A stretch of 64,000 nt of DNA from Octopus sinensis (Eukaryota): contig NC_043003.1 of the NCBI RefSeq assembly GCF_006345805.1, positions 8,556,001 through 8,620,000 of the forward strand. The letters are read 5' to 3'. Below are positions 26,733 through 39,485 of the stretch, one piece after another. The position numbers were made by a program, and so were the translations under genes. Positions within the stretch are counted from its first letter, which is position 1. Every line of letters starts with the position of its first letter. The notes beneath the pieces were generated by a model. It had not been told where the DNA came from and searched no databases. It saw nothing but the letters and a program-made list of their open reading frames with translations.

Positions 26733-27430
26733 TGTTCTATATTGAAGAGATGAGGAATTATTTACATTATTTACATTATTTGCATTTGACGGATATTTGT
26801 CTTAATCTTATTTATTGTTAACACAACGTTTCGGCTGATATACCCTCCAGCCTTCATCAGGTGTCTTGGGGAAATTTCGATCCTGTGTTCCCATTTCTTT
26901 GTTTTTAACAAAATGTTTTGGCTGATATACCCTCCAGCCTTCATCAGGTATCTTGGGGGAAATTTTGAACCTAGATTTTCATTCCTTTGTTGTTAACTCA
27001 ACGTTTCGGCTGGTATACCCTCCAGCCTTCATCAGGTGTCTTGGGAAATTTTCGAACCTGGGTTCTCATTCCTTTATTGTTAACACAACGTTTCGGCTGA
27101 TATACCCTCTAGCCTTCATGAGGTGTCTTGGGGAAATTTCAAACCTGGTTTCTCATTCCTTTGTTATTAACACAACGTTTCGGTTGATATACCCTCCAGC
27201 CTTCATCAGGTGTCTTGGGGAAATTTCGAACCTGCTTTCCCATTCCTTTGTTGTTAACAAAAGGTTTTGGCTGATACACCCTCCAGCTTTCATCAGGTAT
27301 CTTGGGGAAATTTCGAACCTGGGTTCTCATTCCCCAAGACACCTGATGAAGGCTGGACGGTATATCAGCCGAAACATTGTGTTAACAACAAACAAGATGA
27401 GGACAAATATCCGTCAAATGTAAATAATGT
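26733..27430. repeat. Array of six ~87-bp hammerhead units (minus) plus one inverted unit (plus)
   Basis: Reverse-complement cores at 26854, 26941, 27029, 27116, 27203 and 27290; plus-strand CTGATGA at 27343. Confidence 0.9.
26820..26865 (-). ncRNA. Minimal type I hammerhead motif, intact, sense to the host pre-mRNA
   Basis: Minus strand reads GACAC CTGATGA A GGCTG gagggtatat CAGCC GAAACGTT GTGTT. Confidence 0.7.
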
Positions 27431-28114
27431 AGCATCTTTTCTGTGCTCAATGTATCCGTAACGAAGTTCTCTACGGTCTCTGCATCTATGGCGTTGTACT
27501 TATTCTACCATAATTCTACCTCTTACTAATTGAAGTGTGAAGATGCCTGGTCTTGTGGTTAAGGTGTTGCACTAACAGTCACAGAATCGTGGTTTCGATT
27601 CCCAGACCCGGTGGTGCATGTTGTGTTCTTGGACATAAGTCATCATTTCACGTTGCTCCAGTCCACTCAGTCGTAACTGAATTCCATCAATAGCTGAGAA
27701 GTTAACCCGGCGACACACGGACAAGTGTTTTATTCAGGTTGTGAGAGTGTCGTAACATCAGTTATTTACACGATACAGAAAACTTTATGAGTCTTTGAGT
27801 TCATGACAGATCTTTGTTTGGGGTAACTTATTTCCTATTGCCGAGAGAAGTCTCCACAGCCGGCCCAAACTAAAGTAGGCTTGCTTCAATTATTTTACAT
27901 ATAACATAACGTGCACATGATTAAGGGTGGGATGTGTATCGGGTTTTGTTGTTTTTTCCTCCAGTACGAATTCGTACCTATTTCCCATCTATTTATGCTG
28001 AAGAGTAAAGAGCTAATTTCTTTGCCCCCCGACAATATCAAACATCAATGCGTTGCATTCTAACTACAATGCATTCTGACTGCAATTGTGCATCACATAT
28101 AACCTGATGTATAA

Positions 28115-28470
28115 GTGAAGGTCCAAGGCTCAGTGGTCAGAGCATCGGGCTCACAATCATGAGGTAATGAGTTCGATTCCCGGACCGAGCTGTGTGTTGT
28201 GTTCTTGAGCAAGACACTTTATTTCACGTTGCTCCATGAAATGAGTAGAAATGAGTTGCGATGTCACAGGTGCCAAGCTGTATCAGCCTTCGCCTTTCCC
28301 TTGGATAACACTGGTGGCGTGGAGAGGGGAGGCCGGTATGCATGGGCGGCTGCTGGTCTTCCATAAACAACCGTGCCTGGGAGGGAAACTTTCTAGGTGC
28401 AATCCCATGGTCAGTCATGACCTTAGGGTGTCAGTCATGACCTTAGGGTGTCAGTCATGACCTTAGGGTG
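28115..28470 (+). mobile_element. SINE family D (tRNA head + tgtgttcttgagcaagacactt CORE-like motif) ending in a 3x 20-bp tandem
   Basis: A and B boxes present; tail (tcagtcatgaccttagggtg)x3 at 28411-28470. Relatives at ~16230-16465, 34134-34450, 47439-47900, 58555-58885 and 61790-62010. Confidence 0.8.
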
Positions 28471-28722
28471 TCTTCTTCTTTCCAATATCGTAATACCTAT
28501 TTTGAAGAAATTTTACTACAAAGAAATGTAATACTAAACAACGGGGCAAAACTGTTTAGTTCCTAGTGTTTCTCTTTGAGCCTTTTAATCTAAAGTGTTA
28601 CTGCCTTTGTGAAATTTATAATCCTAAACAGCACAAAATTTAAATCATTACCAAAGAACGGGTTTCATAATAACATCCTAACTCCTCCTCCCCAGACAAA
28701 TATATTTGCGTGTCAGTATTCT

Positions 28723-29068
28723 TGTCAAGCGATGTTGGGGGAACAAACACAGACACACAAACACAGACACACATACATACATATGTACGTACGTACATAC
28801 ATGCATGCATGCATGCATGCATTCATACATGCATGCATGCATACATACATACATGCATGCATGCATACATACATACATACATACATACATACATACATGC
28901 ATGCATGCATGATGGGCTTCTTTCAGTTTCCGCCTACGAAATCCATTCACAAGGTTTTGGTCGGCCCGATGTTATAGTAGAAGGCACTTGCCTAAGGTGC
29001 CACGCAATGGGACTGAACCCGGAACCATGTGGTTGGTAAGCAAACTACTTACCACCCAGCCACTCCTA
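28723..29068 (-). mobile_element. SINE family A, lacking the 3' part
   Basis: Head and body present, with internal (CATG/CATA)n. Confidence 0.85.
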
Positions 29069-29699
29069 CGTGTATGTATATAAAAATATAAAGAAACATA
29101 TCTATCTAATAAAGAAACATATATACATTATAATGCGATGTTGTATAAACAGAGACTAGTAATAACCACATAATTTACTTGGATATTGCAACTTTTAAGA
29201 TTTCGAAGTCCTTCAAAGTCTTGTCCAATATTTCCTTCAATTTTTCCCTTATTTAATGGCAGGAAAGAACAGCTAATAATGGCTAACTAAGACTTGAAAA
29301 TTACTGGACCAATAAAATAGATATAGTCTACTATTTTATAGTTTATGATTAACCTCGTTATTACATCCCATTTCGCCTCTTTATTACGTTTATTTAGTTA
29401 TGCAATTAGTGGCTTACTCCTGACTCTTGAAACGAAATATTTGGATATTGGTGTATCCACTGAAAGAGTGGTTTTGTGGTTGTACTGTGAAAACGCTCGC
29501 TTTACAAGCATGTGGTTTCGGGTTCCACTCCACTCTGCTGCACTTTGGGGTGAATGTATCTTATAATAGCCCTGGGCCGACTTTGGTGCTTTGCGGATGA
29601 TTTTGGTTGACCGAAAAATGTGTTTCACTGACTCGCATAAATATATATGTATGTGTGTGTGTGTGTGTGTTTGTTTGTGTGTGTTTGTGTGTGTGTGTT

Positions 29700-29731
<32 letters not shown>

Positions 29732-30013
29732 AGTGTATGTGTGTGTATTAAAGGCGGAGGCGTAGATGTGTGCTAAGAAGCTTGCTTCTAGACCACATGG
29801 TTCCTGGTTCAGTCTCACTGCGTGGCATTTCGGACAAAAGTCTTTTACTATAGCCCTGAGCCAACCAAAGCCTTATAAGTGGATTTGGTAGACGGAAACT
29901 GAAAGAAGCTCGTCGTATATATATATGTGTGTGTGAATGTGTGTGTGAATGTGTGTGTGTGTATAGATATCGCGAGATTGGTTCCTGACTAAAAGTCGTT
30001 ATTGGGTACAATA

Positions 30014-30329
30014 CAGCAATCCCTCGCCACATCGCGGTTCCCCTATCTCAGTTCTCCTATCACAGCTTATTATCTAAGCATATACTCTCTCTTTCTCTCT
30101 CTTTTACTCTTTACTCTCTTTTACTTGTTTCAGTCATTTGACTGCGGCCATGCTGGAGCACCGCATTTAATCGAGCAACTCGACCCCGGGACTTATTCTT
30201 TTGTAAGCCCAGTACTTATTCTATCAGTCTCTTTTTGCCAAACCGCTAAGTGACGGGGACGTAAACACACCAGCATCGGTTGTCAAGCAATGCTAGGGGG
30301 ACAAACACAGACACACAAATACACAAACG

Positions 30330-30367
<38 letters not shown>

Positions 30368-30703
30368 TACGACGGGCTTCTTTCAGTTTCCGTCTACCAA
30401 ATCCACTCACAAGGCTTTGGTCGGCCCGAGGCTATAATAGAAGACACTTGCCCAAGGTGCCACGCAGTGGGACTGAACCCGGAACCATGTGGTTGGTAAA
30501 CAGGCTACTTACCACACAGCCACTCCTGCGCCTATGTTGATTTCTCTATAGTGTTGTTTCGCATTTATAATAAAATAAATATATACAAATTATAAAACTA
30601 ATTTTAAAATATATACAGTACAGTACTGTTTTTACTTTGCAGATTTTCACCTATCGCTGGTGGGGAGTGAAATGCAACACACAGGATAGTCGAGGGATTA
30701 CGG
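30014..30703. mobile_element. Tigger/pogo-like MITE containing a SINE
   Basis: TA-flanked TIRs cagcaatccctcg / cgagggattacgg. Confidence 0.65.
30085..30532 (-). mobile_element. SINE family A nested in a Tigger-like MITE
   Basis: Full-length copy between the two arms of the 30014-30703 element. Confidence 0.9.
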
Positions 30704-31596
30704 TATAATAATTTCTAATTTTAATACAAAGCCAACAAGTCTGAAGCGGGGAGTTAATCGATTACATCGATCCCACTGCTCAATTATTACTTTTTAATCG
30801 ATCCTGATAAGGATCAAAGACGAAGTCGAGACCCGGCGGAATTTGAAATCTGAACGTAAATTCGAAAGAAATTCCACTGTGCATTTTGTCCGGCGTGCTA
30901 ACAAGTCTGACAGATCACCGCCCTTCATTATCTGCACTACAGGTGCAGGTCATGAAATTTTGCTGGGGAAGGGCTAACCGATTACTTCAACTTCAGTGCT
31001 CTGCTTTACCTATGTTTTCGTCCCCGAAAGGATGAAAGGCAAAGTCGACCTCGACAGAATTTGAACTCAGAGCGTAGAGAACTTAGAGAAACACCACCAG
31101 ACATTTTCCTCAACGTGTTGACGATTCTGCTTACAGCATAATGCTTTCTAATTTCGAGGTTGGGTATTAGTTGATTACATTTGCCCCAATATTAAGCTGA
31201 TACTTATTTTATCAACCCGAAAAGAGTGAAAGGGTAAAGAGACGTCGACGGCATTTGAATTTAGAGCAGAGAACTGGAAGAAATGCCGCTAGACATGTTC
31301 TTCCTCGTGGCAATCATTCTGGAAACTCGCCGTCATATATTGGCCATATATTGGCTACAACATACTAATGGAAACCAGCTTGCGTTCCCCTTCTCGAATT
31401 AAATTTACTGTTCCGTGTTCATTAGCATTTAAGCCAAAAGTCGTGTGAGATACCTTAAAATTGTTCGAGCAGTACTGACAGTTGTAAAAGCTATGAGTTA
31501 TGTGAGAAATATTTCAATATCCTCCATATATGCAATTTCAAATGAGATTTCCACGCAATTCTCCATTGGGTTACATTTGCGCCAGTCACCACTCAC

Positions 31597-31621
31597 AAAT
31601 CAATTTACGAAAACTATTCAT
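31597..31621 (-). CDS. Coding exon 1 (start codon) of a secreted IgGFc-binding-domain-like protein: MNSFRKLI+T
   Basis: ATG at 31621 has A at -3 and an in-frame upstream TGA. The exon ends at donor T|GTGAGT (phase 1) and joins the 45-nt exon in frame to give a signal-peptide-like N-terminus. Candidate upstream acceptors would start the exon at 31784 or 31640. Confidence 0.6.
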
Positions 31622-32374
31622 TATTTCAAGTGTTCGTCAGCTGAAAAGCATTAAAGAAAATGGGCCGATATCTCGATAGTTCATTGTTGATGAGTCTTTT
31701 GTACTTATCCGAGATGATTGCCAAATTTAAACTAATAATCTAAAGGAGTACGTTTTCAAGATATATAACTGTTGTTCTATCTTCCTGGGAAAGGAAATTA
31801 GAAATATTTGCAGGGCTTAATGTAATTCAAATATTAAGCAGAACACAATGACTATAAATAAACGTACCGGAAACTGTGAGACGGTAAATATATGAATGGA
31901 ATTTTCATAACTTTGTGAAACATTAAATATTCATAGATTACATGTTTGTGTCTACAACCAGAGTGTAAACGGAATTATGTAATCAATTAATGTGAAGTAG
32001 TCTCTATGCTTCTGAAGTGGTATAGCTTTGAGATTTTGAGAATTGTGAAGGAGTGTGTGCATGATGTGTATTTGATGCTATGTACTTATATTCGTTCAAA
32101 TGAACACATACGCAAAACACACACACACGTGTATGTGTGCGTGTGTGTCTGGGAGAGAGAGAGAGAGAGAGAGAGTGAGAGAAAGAGAGAGAGAGCGACT
32201 GTGTATGTGTGAAAACATGTCTGGTTAAGAATTTCAATTTCCAACCACGTCGTTTCAAGTTCTAATCTTACTGCACGACACCAGAAGTACGTGTGATTCC
32301 TACATATGAAAACCTTGTCAGTAAATTTGGTACATGCAAACTATGTGGAACTTAATCGTACGAACACACACACA

Positions 32375-32405
<31 letters not shown>

Positions 32406-33152
32406 GCGCGCGCACGTACGCACACACACACATATTATCGACAGGCTTCCACACAGTTTCCGTTCCCTAAATTCCCTTACAAGGCTTTGTTCAGCCCGAA
32501 GCTATTGTAGAAGGCACTTGCCCAAACTACCGCGCCGTAGAACTGAACCTAAAACCACATAATTGCAAAACCGTGTTTCTTAACCACAGAGCCATGCTTG
32601 TGCCTAATCATGAAGATAATGGGTTTTGTTTTCCCTCATCACCGAATGTGTTAGTTTAATTAATTAAAATTCTTGGCACACTACATTAAAGACGTTAGCG
32701 TTTCCGTCTATTGGGGACATAAAATTTAATTCGCTTGTGTATAAAATTGTTTAATTTTCACAGCTGCTGCCAAACATAAAGGCATTGATAATATTTCGTG
32801 GAAATAGGTGTGAATATTGAATCTCTTTCAGGTGGGGGAGCTGGCAGAATGGTTAGCACGCCTGTCTATACGTTCTGGGTTCAAATGTCGCCGAGCTTGA
32901 CTTTGCCTTTTATACTTTCCGGTTCGATAAAATAAGCACCAGTTGAGCACAGGGTTCGATGTAATCGATTTGTCTCTCTCCCTTGAACTTACTGGCCTTC
33001 TGCCAAAATCTGAAACCAGTATTGAATCTTCGTATATGCCTTTAGAATATACATTTGCGATTGAGGAATGAGATTAACTAGTTACAAAGATCCTGTGCGC
33101 ACATACGCAATATTCAAAAACACGTTTTCACACAACTGAAATATAATGTGTA

Positions 33153-34043
33153 CGAGTGGGTACCCAAAAGTAACCGGAAACATTCTTGTGAGACAAGCTC
33201 ATTATAATTCAGGCTTCCGCCGTAAGAAACCACTTGATGCAACATTCAAGCCTCTGTCTGTCGACCGGCATCGTCGGATTAGGTCGTATTGCTACCTGTG
33301 TGTCTTTGCTTTTCAGTGTTTCTCCCCTGACCGCCGAATTTTGCGATGGCTGAAGCGAAGGAAGAGCGTGCTTCCGTGAAATTCTGGGTTCTACTAGGGA
33401 AAATGGCGGCCGAAAAAGCTGTCATACTTCAAAAAGCTTGACGCTGCCATGAGCAAAACATAAGTTTACGAGGTTTTACGCTTTAAGAATGCTTACTTGT
33501 CGCTTGAAGACTAACCTCGTTCAGGGCGACCGTCGACCCGAACGAATAAAAGAAAAACATCATGAAAATTCATGAACTGATCTTGGAGAACCATCACCGA
33601 ACAATTGACGAGCTTGTTGATATGACTGGTGTGTCCTGGAGCTTTTGCCAACAAATTTTGAGCGAGGAATTGCGATATGAAATGAGTTACAGCAAAATTT
33701 GTGCCTCGTTTGCTCACGGAAAATCAAAAGCAGTCACGACTGAATGCATGTCGTGAACTGAAAGAAGAGTTGGAAGTTGATCTGAAACTTTTTTTCGAAG
33801 ATCCTCACTGGTGACGAAAGCTGGTGCCACGGAATTGGCAGGTGTGCAAGAGGTGAAGAACAAAACGACGAAGGCGTTATAAAGAATCACTTCGCAAGAG
33901 TTCCAGGACTGCTTCGCACCTGGACCGATACATTGCTTCAAATGGAGAATACTTAGAAGGTGATGAAAGTGTGAACATGTAAAACTAAGCGAATAAAAGT
34001 AGTATTGTAAAATTCCGGTTTCATTTGGGTACCCTCCACCTCG
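33153..34043 (+). mobile_element. Internally deleted mariner element with decayed transposase
   Basis: TIRs tacgagtgggtacccaaaagtaaccggaa / ttccggtttcatttgggtaccctccacctcgta. Remnants PRSGRPST, HRTIDELVDMTGVSW, KFVPRLLT and ILTGDESWC, with stops and frameshifts. Confidence 0.9.
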
Positions 34044-34760
34044 TATACTAATTACTGCACGAAATTAATGATACTTTGTGTCATCTTTCATTATCTTAGC
34101 TTCAGGGTTAATTATCTCATATTATGTAACTCAGTGAAGACGCGTTGCTTGGTAGACAGGGTATTTTGCTGACGATTGTAAGGCTGTGAGTTCGATTCCT
34201 GGCGGTATGTTGCGTCCTTGAGCAAGACACTTTATTTCCCGTTGCTCCAGTTCACTCAAATAGCAAAAATGAGTAGTACCTGTATTTCAAAGGGGCCGGC
34301 CTTGTCACATTCTGTGATTCACTGAATCTCCCTGAGAACTACATTAAGAGCACATGTGTCTGTGGAGTGCTCAGCCACTTGCACGTTAATTTCATGTGCA
34401 GGCCGTTCCGACGATCGGAGTATCTGGAACCCTCGTCATCGTAACCCTCGAAGGGTCACAATGTAACTCATTGACACGCCATACATATTAAATATACATT
34501 ATGTCACGTATTAGTATTATATTATGATACAGTAATATAATATGATAAGGTCTATCGTTTATTCTTGGTCTCAGTCATTATTTTAGTCGATTCTATTACT
34601 TTGTATGTGCTTTTATCGATTACGAAGGCAAAGTAGTGAAGTTAATTGCTCGTAAAAACAGGCAAATGATAATGGCCTAAAAAGCACAGGATACTTTCCC
34701 TGCCTCTTGGTCACCACACAAAGAAATTTTCCATACAACGCTTCCATACACACGCACACA

Positions 34761-34811
<51 letters not shown>

Positions 34812-34941
34812 GTATGCATGTATGTATATATATATACCTTCCTTTCTAGTTACAAACATACATCCATACAGACAGACAGACAGACACGCTTGCACAACAC
34901 ATGTGCAAGAAATATATACAGAAACACACACGTTGGCATAT

Positions 34942-34975
<34 letters not shown>

Positions 34976-35020
34976 ATACGTGTGTGTGTGTCTATGTGTA
35001 TGTATAAATATACATATAAT

Positions 35021-35103
<83 letters not shown>

Positions 35104-35490
35104 TAGAAGTGTATGTGTGTGTATTTACTGGTATGGGTGTAGATTTGTTTATGTATAATACATACCACCAACTCCTACACAGTTTCCGGTTGCAAAATTT
35201 TAATTGAAAGCCATTGGTCTATCTCAAGGTTTAGTAGCAAATACAAGACAACTTTCCATTGTCAATTTTTACACTCTTGGGGCTTAAGAACCGCTGTTGT
35301 CAGATATGTGGCGGAAGCTGTGCCAAAAGCCCCGTTTTTTGGCAGTATAACAATTAAATTGATTTCCAGCATTAACAAAAGACCATAATTTTTGGCGATG
35401 GGAATCCGGTACGAAATTGGTTCTCGTTTCAGCGACTGTAAAATGAAATGCCAAGTGTGCTTAAGCAGGATAGGAATGCAGAATGGGAAT

Positions 35491-36295
35491 CTCTTTTACT
35501 CTTTTACTTGTTTCAGTTATTTGACTGCAGCCATACTGCAGCACCGCCTCTAGTCGAGCAAATCGACCCCAGGACTTATTCTTTGTAAGCCTAGTACTTA
35601 TTCTATCGCTCTCTTTTGCCGAACCGCTAAGTTATGGGGACGTAAACACACCAGCATCGGTAGACAAGCGATGTGGGGGGAGACAAACACAGACACACAA
35701 ACACATACACACACATACATTCATATACATATATACGACGCGATTCTTTCAGTTTCCGTCTACCAAATCCACTCACAAGACTTTGGTTGGCCCGAAGCTA
35801 TAGTATAAGACAGTGGAGGCGCAATGGCCCAGTGGTTAGGGAAGCGGACTCGCGGTCATAGGATCGCGGTTTCGATTCCCAGACCGGGCGTTGTGAGTGT
35901 TTATTGAGCGAAAACACCTAAAAGCTCCACGAGGCTCCGGCAAGGGATGGTGGTGATCCCTGCTGTACTCTTTCACCACAACTTTCTCTCACTCTTACTT
36001 CCTGTTTCTGTTGTACCTGTATTTCAAGGGATCGGCCTTGTCACTCTCTGTGTCACGCTGAATATCCCCGAGAACTACGTTAAGGGTGCACGTGTCTGTG
36101 GAGTGCTCTGCCACTTACACATTAATTTCACGAGCAGGCTGTTCCGTTGATTCGGATCAACCGGAACCCTCATCGTCGTAACCGACAGAGTGCTTCCCAG
36201 TATAAGACACTTGCCCTAGGTGCCACGCAGTGGGTTTGAACCCGAAACCATGTAGTTCGTAATCAAGCTAGTTACCACACGGCCACCCCTACGCC
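35491..36295 (-). mobile_element. SINE family A interrupted by a family C SINE
   Basis: The family A sequence resumes after the 11-bp TSD agtataagaca. Confidence 0.9.
35813..36198 (+). mobile_element. SINE family C (tRNA head ggaggcgcaatggcccagtggttag), full length with TSD
   Basis: A and B boxes present; TSD agtataagaca at 35802-35812 and 36199-36209. Other copies at ~44929-45288 and ~57224-57417. Confidence 0.9.
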
Positions 36296-36455
36296 TGTAA
36301 TGCATATAATATAATTACATGTTTCATTTTTCTTCGACCATTTCTGCCTCCAAAGCGTCAAAAGGATTAGTTATATCGTATTATATATGTTATCGATTTC
36401 AAATTTTGGTACGAGGCCAGCAATGGTGTAAGAGGAATTGAATCCATTACATTGA

Positions 36456-36555
36456 NNNNNNNNNNNNNNNNNNNNNNNNNNNNNNNNNNNNNNNNNNNNN
36501 NNNNNNNNNNNNNNNNNNNNNNNNNNNNNNNNNNNNNNNNNNNNNNNNNNNNNNN
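36456..36555. other. Assembly gap (100 N)
   Basis: Run of exactly 100 n, a placeholder of unknown true size. Confidence 1.
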
Positions 36556-37134
36556 CCATTTAGCTTGCTTGTTGAGGAAGGGTGATTTTTGGACACTTAG
36601 CAGAACAAAAAATAAGACCAGTCAAAAGGCGAAAGAGCTCATGACCAGTCAACGGCCATCCAACAATATGTGTACATGTGTTTGTATGCATTTATGCATG
36701 TATTTATGTATGTGTGCGCAGGGATATGGAAATATCTCGGTTGGTGTCCAGGCGCACGGTCGGCCCACCTGGAGTGGGAAGCCCCTCTGTGTTGTCACAT
36801 ACTCTCTCCAAGGAGAGGGAAACTCTGAGAGAAAACCTGTGAAACTGACAATATTCGATGATGTAGACTAGTTCTTCTTTTTGAGTTGATGTTGTCCATG
36901 TTTAGAGGGTGGGATTGGATTTGTGCAAATCCTAAAATAATCATCATGCACAGGCATCGCTTGAAAGAAAGGTAAGGCCTGTCACGAAAATGGCTGGTCG
37001 TAGCCTTCGCATCTGAGGGACTTTCGATCAGGCAATGGCAATACTCGAACTCGAGTTTGCAGCCATTATGCATGTATGTATGTATGTATGTATGTATGTA
37101 TGTATGTATGTATGTATGTATGTATGTATGTCAG

Positions 37135-37500
37135 GTCACTTCCGAGTGCTACTGGTAACATGTAACCCAGTAGAACCTGCTGCATGGTCGGGTCGTCGGC
37201 GACTAAACCGGCAACCCCACCAAGCTTGCTTGGTGAGGAGGGTGTTTACTGGACACCCTGCGGGATGAAAAACAAAACCCGTCAAAGGGCGGAGGAACTC
37301 TTGAGAGTCAACGGCCATCCAATAAATGTCTTGAGGCTGTATCATGCGCGGGGACATAGAAATAATCGGACTGAATACCCGATTGCGCGGTTAAACCATT
37401 GGGAGTGAAGGACTCCTAGCCTTAGTTAGGGCATCCTTCTAGGAGAAGGTAACTCAGGTAACTGGGATAACTCCGACATAAAACCTGCGGCTCAGTGGTT
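37135..37500 (+). mobile_element. Dispersed repeat resembling an RTE 5' UTR
   Basis: Shared with 53675-53990 and 36556-36665; motifs ctaggagaaggtaactc and ccagacaggtcgaagggtag. Confidence 0.5.
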
Positions 37501-38316
37501 ACCGATGATGTTGACTTATTCTTCTTATAGTCTAACCCTACTTTCTGTCGTTTACGGCTACGCTGATTCACATTTTTAAGAGTAATTTCGTCATTGGGTA
37601 GCTTTTTCAACACAGCCCCATACTACCCTCTTTCTTCCTGCTTGTTCATCAGCCATCACATCTTTTGCTTCTCAGCGGTCTTCAAGAAACTCATTCACGC
37701 AATGCGTTTACAGTTTATATATGACACTTAAGCGAGGTATAGATCTGCCATTCTAAGACCTGAATGCTGGTTGTGCAAAGACCGACGGAGAGTCTTCTGT
37801 TTCAGTCATTAGACTGCGGCCATGCTGGGGCACCACCATGAAGAATTTTTAGTCGAAGGAATCAACCCCAGGACTTATTTTTTAAAGACTGGTACGTAAT
37901 CTATCGGTGTCTTTTGCTGAACCTCTAAGTTACGGGGGACGTAGGGACACCAACATCGGCTGTCAAGTGGTGGTGGGGGACAAACAGGAGTTTCACAACT
38001 GAGGCCAAATTTTAGGAGACACACGTGCATTGTCCGCCCTGTAGCTCATTTAATCATAATTTGCTGCTTATTTAGAGACCAGATGTCACGACTCAATGAC
38101 TCCAGATAACCCAGGCTAGTATTTGCAATCTTGTTAATATGGCTCTTCATGATACGATATACAGCTTTATGAAAAGTTACTCTTGACACACGTGGTTTGC
38201 TCCTGATGGTCAGCTATCGCAGAGGAGGCAATCCTTTCTAAATTAAGCAAAGCCGGATGTCAAAGTTTGAATTTTCACTCAAAGAGTAAAGGAGAAAGTG
38301 CACAGAATATATATAT

Positions 38317-38660
38317 TTTTTGATTTCATCTAGTTTCAGCTCACGAGCTGTGGCCATGCTGGGGCACCGCCATTCGGTGTTGCTACATGATTTTACTTCA
38401 CTAATGCTTTTTTAGCAATTGACATTGAGAGTTCGATGCAGCTGCCCTCATCTGCACCTCCTGCCGTGAAGTTGGTTCATCTGGGACACCTGACAGGAAG
38501 AGGTCCAGCTTTATTTTGAAGACATCTGCATCCACCCCATGCAGGTCTCTCATGTCCTTCAGGAGGATATTGAAGAGCTGTGGACCTCTGAAGCCCAGGC
38601 TATTGCAGTATCTTGTCCTACATCTTGATGGCAAATTTGGAGTCCTTGGCACTATGTACA
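38317..38660 (-). mobile_element. CR1-group LINE 3' end (ORF2 C-terminus plus 3' UTR)
   Basis: RTRYCNSLGFRGPQLFNILLKDMRDL..VFKIKLDLFLSGVPDEP..RAAASNS; the 3' tail resembles the SINE A tail. Confidence 0.8.
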
Positions 38661-39485
38661 ATTTGTTTCTTTTTCTTTTTTTGAACATTACTGTTGATAG
38701 TTCCACTGTCTTGTAATTTCCTTCGACTGCAAAGCTTTTGACTTACCGCCAGTAGTTTGTGTTTAAGAGGTATTAGTTTACATGTTGTATTTCCTATCAT
38801 CAGGTCTCGTAGATTTTGGATAGTCTGTCAGAAAAAACCGTAGTTGCCGGTTCGTGAATATATAACCAACTTTTCCTCAAATGATAGTATTCAATTCACT
38901 GTTATTTTTCAGTAGCCTATCGATGTCTTTTCGATAAAGTTAATCCATTTTAGTTGTTATCATTCCCATCGATTTCAGATACTCCTGTCTGTTACAAACG
39001 GCAATTGCCAAACAATACATTAAGACATTCCAATGTCCGAAATGTGGAAGCTACAATTTGTGGTAGATGTTCTTTAGTAAATTCATCGATCACAGTCAAC
39101 ATCAATCTCAGAAGGTTTTTCTATTGGCTCATAATATAATCGTTCTTTCATTTAGTAGCTTGTTGATTTCAGAAGTGAATTAACTTCTCTCTCTTTGAAT
39201 CTTGTGGTGAGTTATGTTGAGTTCTTTGTCTGTTAACACTGTTGCAATTGATTTTCTTTTGATGGCAACAATTCATGGTTTTAGCACTTTTCTCAGGGGA
39301 AATTTCTACTGGGCTGTTGATACTATTATTTACGGTGCAATTTTTGACGATTGATTTTATTAGGCAGAGTAGCATATTTTTTTCCCTCGAAAACGAAGCT
39401 TACTGGCATTGGCACAGGTGCTTAACAGTGAAATGTAAGTTGTTAAGGTACGCTAAAAACACTATATATATATATATATATATAT

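Noticed and set aside
26953-27423. 156-aa repetitive ORF
   Set aside because: A by-product of the 87-bp (29-codon) tandem unit; no splice or domain support.
28411-28470. TTAGGG-containing tandem as an interstitial telomere
   Set aside because: TTAGGG occurs once per 20-bp unit in a SINE tail duplication, not as (TTAGGG)n.
35813-35890. Possible tRNA genes at SINE heads (also 1470-1542 and 28115-28190)
   Set aside because: A and B boxes are present, but acceptor and anticodon stems do not close, and each runs into a SINE body.
36371-36871. ORFs spanning the N run
   Set aside because: Artefacts of the assembly gap.
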